Part shown: positions 9,242 to 16,312 of the stretch, piece by piece
How positions within the stretch are numbered: the first letter of the stretch is position 1
Layout: the number at the start of each line of letters is the position of its first letter
Assembly (NCBI GenBank): GCA_002363545.1
Contig: DEWF01000010.1
Location: forward strand, 80,412-144,411
Direction: 5' to 3'
Source: Christensenella sp. UBA3217
Lineage (GTDB): Bacteria > Bacillota > Clostridia > Christensenellales > CAG-1252
Length of the DNA stretch: 64,000 nucleotides
The notes under the pieces: generated by a model
Database searches by the model: none
Told to the model about the DNA's origin: nothing
The model's input: only the letters and a program-made list of their open reading frames with translations
Position numbers and translations under genes: made by a program

Positions 9242-9789
9242 GTTTACTCCTTTCGGTGCTATGCACCTTTATGCTTATTTTCATGTATTAAGTATTTTAG
9301 CATAGCGGGCGCGTGTTTTGCAATGATTTTTTTATAATATTTTATTTTATGAAAGCAAAAACCAAATGCAGTTCTTATCTTATGGTTCCGTCTTATCGAT
9401 GATTCCTTGTAAACGCTTTAGAGCGCACGATGTGAGCTTTCTCTGCGTTAAAAAGACGCAGTATCCTACTCACCCCTCATGGCTTTTGACCTGCGAAGCC
9501 GCGCTCCCCGCTACACTTTGTGACGTAGTTTTTGTCACGATGCACTTTCTTAATTCTCTCCGCGAACGAAGCGAGCGATCAAAGAACCAATTAAAAGCGT
9601 TTGTGGGGTTTGGGGGCGCGACGCGTTAAGAAAAAGCCACGGTGCGGCTTTTTTAGCCAAAGCGCGTGCAGAAGCTATGCTTCAAGCGATCGCAACCCCC
9701 ACCTTTCTTTTGCAACTTTTCTTTCAAAAAGAAAAGTGTGTGATGATATAATCATTTGAAAAATCATTTTCGTTTTATGGAAATTGTGC

Positions 9790-9818
9790 GAATACTATAT
9801 GAAATGAGTTGCATCATA
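9790..9818 (+). promoter_or_regulatory. Forespore sigma-G/F-like promoter of gpr
   Basis: GAATA (9790-9794), a 17-nt spacer, then CATCATA (9812-9818). This resembles the Bacillus sigma-G consensus GnATR-N17/18-CATnnTA. Confidence 0.4.
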
Positions 9819-9823
9819 ATCCT

Positions 9824-10570
9824 ATGGATCGATATACGGAATTGGCTTTGGAGAGTGCGGAAGGAGCGGGGAGCGGCGTCACGCTTTGCGAGAAACGAAT
9901 GGGGCGGCATATCAAGCGCATTTGTTTCGTTGCCGAGCAGCCTTTTGGGAGGGAATTACGAGAAAAAGGCAGGTATTTTACCCTGCTCACGGAAAAGCAC
10001 CCCTTGGAAAACGAAGGGGTCTTGCGCGCCTTTTCCACGGGCATTGCTCGTACTCTTCCCGAGATGGTAGAGGGCAGTAAAAAACGCATTCTTGCGGTGG
10101 GGCTCGGCAATCCTTCCGCTGTGGTGGACGCCTTGGGCGCCGAAACGGTAAAATGCCTTTGCGCAGGAAAGCGCTCCGTCTCCTATCTTGCCACCCTTAC
10201 CCCTTCGGTATTCGGCGTGACAGGGCTGGAAACCGCTGCGGTCATTAAGGGGGTGGCAAGGGAATATAAGCCTGATATCATCCTTTGCGTGGATACCTTG
10301 GCTACCCGCCGTGCGGAGCGTCTTTTCAGGGCGGTGCAGATCGGTCAAACCATCGTACCGGGGGGTGGCGTGGGAAACCAAAGAGATGCGCTGACCGAGC
10401 AGCAACTCGGCGCGCCCCTTCTTACTGTGGGTGTGCCGCTTTTGGCGCATGCGGAACGTTTAACTTCTCTTCCGAGCGGGCTTGTGGTCACCCCCAAAGA
10501 AATAGACCTTGTGGTGCCGGCGTTTGCCAAAGCGATAGCCGCGGGGGTGGAGAGCGGTTTATGCGAGTAA
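9824..10570 (+). CDS. gpr: Germination (spore) protease GPR
   Basis: YTELALES near the N-terminus, then ILAVGLGNPSAVVDALG, GVTGLETAAVIKGV, PDIILCVDTLATRRAERL, VPGGGVGNQR and VTPKEIDL. The ATG at 9824 is preferred over the TTG at 9809. Confidence 0.85.
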   Translation: MDRYTELALESAEGAGSGVTLCEKRMGRHIKRICFVAEQPFGRELREKGRYFTLLTEKHPLENEGVLRAFSTGIARTLPEMVEGSKKRILAVGLGNPSAVVDALGAETVKCLCAGKRSVSYLATLTPSVFGVTGLETAAVIKGVAREYKPDIILCVDTLATRRAERLFRAVQIGQTIVPGGGVGNQRDALTEQQLGAPLLTVGVPLLAHAERLTSLPSGLVVTPKEIDLVVPAFAKAIAAGVESGLCE

Positions 10571-11254
10571 GCATTGAAGCAAGCGGTAATATCTTTCGCT
10601 TTGGTTTTGTGCGCTGAACATAAGCTCTACCGTGGGCGTTTTGCATTCGTTTATGGGTAAAACCGCTTTTACCAACGCGGCAAGCGGGTCCACTCCGCTT
10701 AGCATTTTTGCGTGGGGAATATGCCTTATTATTACCTCTTTCGCAAAGAGATAATGCGAGCAGCCGAGATATACCGATTCACAATCCGCGTAAGGGGAAA
10801 GCAAGGGAGAAAGATAGCGTTCGATCCGCCTGTTTTCGGGGTGATCCGCTTCTATCAAAGAGGCAAGGTGGGCGGGCGTTAAAAGAGATACGTTTGCCTC
10901 CAAAGCCGGCAGGTAAAGAGCGGTAGCGGGCGTGCAAAGCATCAGAGCCCTTCCGTATAACAATTCGGGACGGGGAAGCAACCCGAACACGGGTGGTTTG
11001 ACCCGCTTTCTTACGTGATCCAACGCCACGGCGGATAACGTGTTGCACCCGAAAATGATCACGTTTGCCCCTTTCTCCATCAACTTTTCCGCGCCGGCAA
11101 GGGCAATGTTTTTGAGTTCGTTGGGGGATTTTTCCCCAAAGGGGAGATTGGCGTTATCCGCATAATAAACAAACTTTTCCCCACAATGATATTTGATCAA
11201 AGAGGCGAGCAAATTCAGCCCGCCCATTCCGCTATCCATAATGCCTATTACCAT
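10559..11254 (-). CDS. murI: Glutamate racemase
   Basis: IGIMDSGMGGL, YYADNANLPFG and IIFGCNTLS (catalytic Cys context). 231 aa. Confidence 0.85.
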   Translation of the reverse strand: MVIGIMDSGMGGLNLLASLIKYHCGEKFVYYADNANLPFGEKSPNELKNIALAGAEKLMEKGANVIIFGCNTLSAVALDHVRKRVKPPVFGLLPRPELLYGRALMLCTPATALYLPALEANVSLLTPAHLASLIEADHPENRRIERYLSPLLSPYADCESVYLGCSHYLFAKEVIIRHIPHAKMLSGVDPLAALVKAVLPINECKTPTVELMFSAQNQSERYYRLLQCLLA

Positions 11255-11423
11255 AGTATTGATATATGACGCAAGCTGTAAAAAGTTTAATAATGGTTTC
11301 CGTTCGTTTTATTTTATAAAAAAAGTTCATACATATATGTTGTTTTTTGAATTTCTTTATGATATTATGGATTGGTGTGTGCCCGAAGGTGGGCGTGCGA
11401 AGGATGAACCAAAGGGGAAAACT

Positions 11424-12818
11424 ATGAAAACGGATATTTTGATCATAGGAGCGGGTCCTGCCGGTATTTTCACGGCTTTGGAACTCATTAAAAACGGCTG
11501 TAAGGATAAGATCACCTTTATCGAAAAGGGTGCAGCTATTGAGAAGCGCGCTTGTCCCAAAAGCAAAACGGGCGTTTGCGTGAATTGCAAAAACTGCGCC
11601 ATCACCACCGGGTTTTCGGGCGCTGGCGCTTTTTCGGATGGCAAACTATCCCTTTCGGCAGACGTTGGCGGGGATCTTCCCGATTTGATCGGTTATGAAA
11701 CGGTGCAAGACCTGATCGATTATACCGATAAGATCTATCTCGATTTCGGCGCGGATAAGCACATCGAGGGCGTTGAACACCCCGAAGAGATCAAAGCTAT
11801 CCGCAGAAAGGCCATCCAAGCGGGGCTCAAACTTGTGGATTGCCCCATTCGTCACATGGGCACCGAAAAGGCGCAAAAGATCTATTACGATATAGAGCAG
11901 TACCTTTTGGATAACGGCGTGGAAATGCACTTTAACGCCGAATGTTTGGACCTTATTATTGAGGACGAGACCTGTAAGGGAGCGGACGTGAAGATCGGCA
12001 ACAACGTGGAAAGGATCCAAGCCCGCGAAGTGATCGTGGCAACCGGTCGCCGCGGCGCGCTTTGGTTGGAAGTGATGTGCGCCAAGCACGGCATTTTGCA
12101 CCAACCCGGCACCGTGGATATCGGCGTGAGAGTAGAGTGCAGGAATGAGATCATGGAGGAGATCAACAGCGTGCTGTACGAGGCCAAGTTGATCGGTTAT
12201 CCCAAGCCCTTTAAGAACAAAGTGCGTACCTTCTGTCAAAACCCCGGCGGCTTTGTCAGTCAGGAAAATTACGATGAGAATCTTGCCGTTGTGAACGGGC
12301 ATTCCTATAAGGAACTCAAATCCCCCAACACCAATTTGGCTATTCTTTGTTCGCATAATTTTACCCATCCTTTCAACCAGCCCATCGAGTACGCTAAAAA
12401 GGTGGGCGAGCTCACCAATATGTTGGGTGACGGCAAAATGCTCGTGCAACGCTACGGCGATATTTTAGACGGTAAGCGTACCTGGGCAAAAGAGCTTGAA
12501 AACAGCAACGTTCGTCCCACCTTGAAAGATGCGGTTGCGGGTGATATCACTGCCGCCATGCCGTATCGCGCCATGCTTTCCATCATTAACTTTATTAAGA
12601 GCGTGGACGTGATCGTGCCGGGCTTTGCCGCGGGAGAAACCTTGCTGTATTCCCCCGAATTAAAGTTCTATTCCAACAAGATCAAGATGGATGAGGACCT
12701 TTCCACGTCCATTGCGCACCTGCATTGCCTTGGGGACAGCACGGGCTGGACCAGGGGGCTTATGATGGCATCGGTTATGGGGGTGTATCTCGCCCGTCAT
12801 CTTTGTAAGCGCGGATAA
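11424..12818 (+). CDS. FAD-dependent dehydrogenase (COG2509-type)
   Basis: Start at MKTDILIIGAGPAGIFTALEL (GxGxxG) with an AAAGGGG RBS. The upstream ORF extension overlaps the murI promoter region and is rejected. Confidence 0.75.
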   Translation: MKTDILIIGAGPAGIFTALELIKNGCKDKITFIEKGAAIEKRACPKSKTGVCVNCKNCAITTGFSGAGAFSDGKLSLSADVGGDLPDLIGYETVQDLIDYTDKIYLDFGADKHIEGVEHPEEIKAIRRKAIQAGLKLVDCPIRHMGTEKAQKIYYDIEQYLLDNGVEMHFNAECLDLIIEDETCKGADVKIGNNVERIQAREVIVATGRRGALWLEVMCAKHGILHQPGTVDIGVRVECRNEIMEEINSVLYEAKLIGYPKPFKNKVRTFCQNPGGFVSQENYDENLAVVNGHSYKELKSPNTNLAILCSHNFTHPFNQPIEYAKKVGELTNMLGDGKMLVQRYGDILDGKRTWAKELENSNVRPTLKDAVAGDITAAMPYRAMLSIINFIKSVDVIVPGFAAGETLLYSPELKFYSNKIKMDEDLSTSIAHLHCLGDSTGWTRGLMMASVMGVYLARHLCKRG

Positions 12819-12830
12819 AGGCGCATTGCC

Positions 12831-12912
12831 TTTGTTTCTGTCTTCGCAGTCGATCAGTCACGTACGGCAAAGTACGCTCCTGATCGCCCGCTTGCCGAGC
12901 CTCGTCACTGCA
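12831..12912. repeat. Single copy of the structured intergenic repeat family also present at 24.2-24.7 kb
   Basis: Shares GTTTCTG..CTTCG..AGTCACGTAC..GTACGCTCCT..TTGCC..GAGCCT..CTGC with the 24 kb copies. Core hairpin GATCAG-TCA-CGTAC-loop-GTACG-CTC-CTGATC. Confidence 0.7.
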
Positions 12913-13083
12913 CCTTTCTACGCGCTTACAGGAGGTGTGTAGGAGAACGCTTGTCTTCGCACCACTCTCCACGCTCGAATGATAAAACTGCACCTTTCTA
13001 CGCGCTTACAGGGGGTGTGTAGCAGAGCGTTTGTCTACGCACCACTCTTCACGTTCGGATGATGGAACTGCACTTTTCTTGCG
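12908..13083. repeat. 80-bp tandem repeat, about 2.2 copies
   Basis: Units start at 12908, 12988 and 13068 (CTGCACCTTTCTACGCGCTTACAGG...), about 85-90 percent identical. Confidence 0.85.
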
Positions 13084-13126
13084 ATTGCATATGCTGTTGG
13101 AAAACGTGTTTTACTTTAAATAAATA

Positions 13127-13168
13127 ATCCCTCGGTTAAAGTTTAACAAACCGAGGGATGTTTTTTTT
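13127..13168. terminator. Bidirectional terminator hairpin
   Basis: Stem ATCCCTCGG/CCGAGGGAT followed by TTTTTTTT, between convergent genes. Confidence 0.75.
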
Positions 13169-13179
13169 GTGGATAATGA

Positions 13180-14187
13180 TTAGTACGTTTCCGATTCTTT
13201 CTTTTGTCGGTAAGCACCGATGATCGTTAAGACCAAGGCGATTCCGATCAAGGAAAGCAAAACGATAAGGCTCACGTTCCCGTTCGTGTAGTTGTGCCAG
13301 TCGTTGTAATTGATGCGATAGTGGTTTACATGGGTGTGGAAGAGTGCATTTATCACGAGCCCCAAGAAGGCGGAAAACGCCGTGATGACCCAAACGCACA
13401 CGCCCGATTTGAGCACGCGGTCATAATCGAATAAACACAGTATGGTGCAAGCGATGGGCGCCGCGTAAGAATAGGACGTGATAATAGCAGCGGGAAGGAG
13501 CGGGAAGGTAAAGTGTGCCCGCGTGACCGCAAGAAGCAACAACGTAAGTAGGTACGCCCCCGCAAAAGAGATCACGAACTTAAACCTTGTTACTTGGGTT
13601 TTTGCCAAAACGATGGGCAGAAAAAGTATATCGTAGCCAATGGCAAGCCCCAAGCAGGCAATAGGCACCCAAAACAACGTTTTGGTATATGCGCCGCAAG
13701 TAAGTAGCAAAAGGCAGATAGAGAGAAAACTCGAACCGAAAAAGATCAAGAACTTTCTTTTTTCAAAGAAAATGGAAAAGGTGGGTATAAAAGAATAAGC
13801 CGTGAGCAGGGAAGTAAGCACGATCAAGAACCAAGAGAGTGTGTGGCTGACAGCAAGGTTCACGATAAAGCACACGAGCAGGGCGATGCCGTAGCCGATG
13901 GTGGGGATCAAAAGCCAACTTTTGCGTATTCTGCGAAAGAGTTTTGCTTGGGTCTTTTCTTTGCGCACGGCGGGATCGTTCGCCGCGGTAATGAATTCGT
14001 GCTCGGTAATATCAAGCACACGGCAAATATCCGTGATCAGGGAAATATCGGGATAGGATATCCCTCTTTCCCATTTGCTTACGGCGTCCTTGGTAATGAA
14101 TAAAAGATCGGCAAGTTCCTTTTGCGAGTAGTTTTTTTCTATCCTTTTGTTTTTAATAAAGGATCCGAACGTTTTTTTGTCTGTCAT
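13180..14187 (-). CDS. XRE-family HTH domain fused to a polytopic membrane domain
   Basis: Start at MTDKKTFGSFIKNKRIEKNYSQKELADLLFITKDAVSKWERG with a GGAGGTG RBS, followed by about 8 hydrophobic helices. Confidence 0.75.
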   Translation of the reverse strand: MTDKKTFGSFIKNKRIEKNYSQKELADLLFITKDAVSKWERGISYPDISLITDICRVLDITEHEFITAANDPAVRKEKTQAKLFRRIRKSWLLIPTIGYGIALLVCFIVNLAVSHTLSWFLIVLTSLLTAYSFIPTFSIFFEKRKFLIFFGSSFLSICLLLLTCGAYTKTLFWVPIACLGLAIGYDILFLPIVLAKTQVTRFKFVISFAGAYLLTLLLLAVTRAHFTFPLLPAAIITSYSYAAPIACTILCLFDYDRVLKSGVCVWVITAFSAFLGLVINALFHTHVNHYRINYNDWHNYTNGNVSLIVLLSLIGIALVLTIIGAYRQKKESETY

Positions 14188-14299
14188 ATCGTTCACCTCC
14201 GCCGTCAGTATAAACCGCGCCGCGTGTTTTGGCAATGGATTGTCCGTCCACCCCGGTTTTTTTGTAGTGGACGCGCCTTCTTCGTTATAAACGAAGAAA

Positions 14300-14899
14300 T
14301 CAATCGCCCTTTTTTATCCAATCATCCAAAAACGCCATCTGCTCTTCGGTATGGAACCAATGCTCGCCGCCTTTCATTACCGTCAAGTCCGCATGGATCT
14401 TGTTGGCAAAGTCCGAAATCGTTTGGGGATCGGTCAAAGAATCTTTTTCTCCGTACAGGATTTTTGTGGGTACCGTCCATTTGATCGGGTGCGATCGCAC
14501 GTACGATAGGTAGTCCCAAGAAAGCGTGTCGCCAAACGGGGTGGGAATCTCTTTCTCCTTACGCAACCTTTCTTCCGAAACGCCTGCCGCCCGCATCATG
14601 TCTTCAATCAATTTTACCATATCGCAAATCGGAGAAATAAAGTATGCCTTTTCTATCTTTTTTCCGAAAAATGCGTGCATTGCAAGAAAAGCGCCAATGC
14701 TGTTGGCAATCAAGATCACGCGTTTATCGTTTAGCGTATTTTCATTCCAAAAATCGTTGAATTCCTTTGTTGCCTCCCACGGCGTTTGGGCTTTATAATC
14801 CATTCCCATCACGGTGTGATCGGGAAACAGCGGGGCATAATGTTCCGCCTCGCTTGCGCTACCGCCTTTTCCGTGAATGTAAAGAATGATGGGTTTCAT
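14300..14899 (-). CDS. Small alpha/beta-fold hydrolase (esterase-like)
   Basis: Start at MKPIILYIHGKGGS with a GAGGT RBS. Nucleophile-elbow-like ANSIGAF and a C-terminal GGEHWFH. The upstream ORF extension runs into the tandem repeat and is rejected. Confidence 0.65.
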   Translation of the reverse strand: MKPIILYIHGKGGSASEAEHYAPLFPDHTVMGMDYKAQTPWEATKEFNDFWNENTLNDKRVILIANSIGAFLAMHAFFGKKIEKAYFISPICDMVKLIEDMMRAAGVSEERLRKEKEIPTPFGDTLSWDYLSYVRSHPIKWTVPTKILYGEKDSLTDPQTISDFANKIHADLTVMKGGEHWFHTEEQMAFLDDWIKKGD

Positions 14900-14980
14900 T
14901 TTTTGCAATACCTCTTTTTTCATTATACACGAAAAAAAGTTTTTTTCATAGAACAAATAAAACCTCATTATTCCGCATGG

Positions 14981-15350
14981 TTCAAGCCCCACGCATACAT
15001 AATAAAAGCACTCGCTTTCACGAGTGCTCTTGGTGCCGAAGGTGGGACGTCTATCTCTTGCCGGAGTGGCAAATGCTCCCCCGCATTTGGCGCCGCCTAA
15101 CTTGCTTTGCACAGTTTCTCAGTCGGCGCTGCCCACTCGTTCAAGCCCCACGCAAGTAAAAGAAAAAGCACTCGCTTTCACGAGTGCTCTTGGTGCCGAA
15201 GGTGGGACGTCTATCTCTTGCCGGGGTGGCAAATGCTCCCCCGCATTTGGCGCCGCCTAAACAGCAAAGCACAGTTTCTCAGTCGGCGCTGCCCACCCGT
15301 TCAAGCCCCACGCAAATAAAAGAAAAAGCACTCGCTTTCACGAGTGCTCT
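14981..15350. repeat. Tandem 159/160-bp units, each carrying the tRNA-Leu 3' terminal 18 nt and its terminator hairpin
   Basis: Units begin at 14981, 15140 and 15300 (TTCAAGCCCCACGCA...). Each contains AGCACTCGCTTTCACGAGTGCT followed by TGGTGCCGAAGGTGGGAC, identical to the start of the real tRNA at 15351. Confidence 0.9.
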
Positions 15351-15436
15351 TGGTGCCGAAGGTGGGACTTGAACCCACACGTTGTCGCCAACAATGGATT
15401 TTGAGTCCATCGCGTCTGCCATTCCACCACTTCGGC
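15351..15436 (-). tRNA. tRNA-Leu(CAA), CCA encoded
   Basis: The minus strand reads GCCGAAGTGGTGGAATGGCAGACGCGATGGACTCAAAATCCATTGTTGGCGACAACGTGTGGGTTCAAGTCCCACCTTCGGCACCA. Acceptor stem GCCGAAG/CTTCGGC, anticodon stem ATGGA/TCCAT, loop CTCAAAA, a long variable arm and T-loop TTCAAGT. Confidence 0.93.
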
Positions 15437-15446
15437 TTGCTTATTT

Positions 15447-15475
15447 ACTATACCATAACCAAAAGAGCATTGCAA
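15447..15475 (-). promoter_or_regulatory. Promoter of tRNA-Leu (TTGCAA-17-TATAGT)
   Basis: On the minus strand, TTGCAA (15475-15470), a 17-nt spacer, TATAGT (15452-15447), about 10 nt upstream of the tRNA 5' end. Confidence 0.6.
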
Positions 15476-15616
15476 GCGATTTTTTCAGAATACATCACAA
15501 CTCTTTTTGATTCCACATAAAATGCAGTGTGCAAAAGAAAAAACGCAAGACACCGTCCGAGAAGGACGCGGCGCTTGCAGTGAATATACCCCTTGATAAG
15601 AACCGGCGCCGGAGAG

Positions 15617-15660
15617 AGCATCGCGCAAAGTGGCTTTTGGCAAGTAGCGCGATGCTTTTT
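15617..15660 (+). terminator. Orphan terminator-like hairpin upstream of the ppa promoter
   Basis: 10-bp stem AGCATCGCGC/GCGCGATGCT followed by TTTTT. No annotated + strand gene ends here. Confidence 0.5.
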
Positions 15661-15716
15661 GCTGTAAAAACAGTGAAAAAAGGGGCAAAGGGAAGGCGCT
15701 CCGTTACATTTTTTTC

Positions 15717-15745
15717 TTGAAAAATAATTTATTAAGTGTTAGAAT
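15717..15745 (+). promoter_or_regulatory. ppa promoter (TTGAAA-17-TAGAAT)
   Basis: TTGAAA at 15717-15722, a 17-nt spacer, TAGAAT at 15740-15745. Confidence 0.55.
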
Positions 15746-15777
15746 AATAAATAGATTATTTTTACGGAGGTTTTCCC

Positions 15778-16311
15778 ATGAATTTGTGGAAAGACATGAA
15801 TCCCGCCCGTATCGCTCCGCAGGACTTTATTGCGGTGATCGAGATCAGCAAAGGCAGCAAGAATAAGTACGAATTGGATAAGGAATCCGGCGCTCTCATT
15901 CTGGATAGAGTGCTTTATACTTCCACCCACTATCCCGCCAATTACGGTTTTATTCCTTTGACTTATGCGGATGATAAGGACCCGCTGGACGTTTTGGTGC
16001 TTTGCAGTGAACAAATTGCTCCGCTTGCCATCGTGGAGTGTTATCCCATTGGCGTTATGGCCATGATAGACGGCGGCGCGTTTGACTATAAGATCATAGC
16101 GGTGCCTTTCCGTGACCCCACCTATAACAGTTATCAGGACGTGGGAGAACTGCCCCCGCATATCGTGCAGGAAATAGCACACTTCTTTAACGTGTATAAG
16201 CAACTGGAACACAAGGAAACCACCGTGATGGAGATCTTCGGAAAAGGGCGCGCTTTGGATATCATCAAAGAAGCGATAGATTTGTATCGGGAGAAATTCG
16301 GACAGCTGTGA
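15778..16311 (+). CDS. ppa: Family I inorganic pyrophosphatase
   Basis: VIEISKGSKNKYELDK, YPANYGFIP and DKDPLDVLVL motifs. 177 aa. GGAGG RBS. Confidence 0.93.
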   Translation: MNLWKDMNPARIAPQDFIAVIEISKGSKNKYELDKESGALILDRVLYTSTHYPANYGFIPLTYADDKDPLDVLVLCSEQIAPLAIVECYPIGVMAMIDGGAFDYKIIAVPFRDPTYNSYQDVGELPPHIVQEIAHFFNVYKQLEHKETTVMEIFGKGRALDIIKEAIDLYREKFGQL

Positions 16312-16312
16312 T

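Noticed and set aside
9366-9629. 87-aa + strand ORF in the rpsT-gpr gap.
   Set aside because: It has no RBS and an odd Cys/Phe/Leu-rich composition. It spans several hairpins and repeat-family fragments and has no recognisable motif.
11193-11423. Long N-terminal extensions proposed by the ORF track. Examples are 11193 for the FAD protein, 14235 for the XRE-membrane gene, 15112 for the hydrolase, 26028 for glucokinase, 31667 for the ABC ATPase, 34797 for rpmE, 35117 for prmC and 39492 for the P-loop protein.
   Set aside because: In each case an internal ATG preceded by a GGAGG-type RBS gives the canonical family N-terminus. The extension overlaps promoters, repeats or the upstream gene.
14977-15372. 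Several 60-78 aa + strand ORFs with repeated peptides (ALAFTSALGAEGGTSISC...).
   Set aside because: They are read-throughs of the tandem 160-bp tRNA-associated repeat. They contain the tRNA 3' end and a terminator hairpin, have no RBS, and repeat only because the DNA repeats.
13180-15436. Integrated island next to tRNA-Leu (XRE-membrane gene plus hydrolase).
   Set aside because: No integrase, recombinase or phage genes are present, and the duplicated tRNA 3' ends are only about 160 bp apart and do not flank these genes. I report only the att-like tandem array.
15540-15625. Resemblance to the ykkC / guanidine-I or ppGpp/PRPP riboswitch scaffold (GTCCGAGAAGG and GCGCCGGAGAGAG).
   Set aside because: The 5' hallmark CTAGGGTTCCGG and the ACACGG.GGGA..AAAGCCCGGGAGAG block are not present. 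The similarity is limited to two short strings, and the downstream gene has its own separate promoter.
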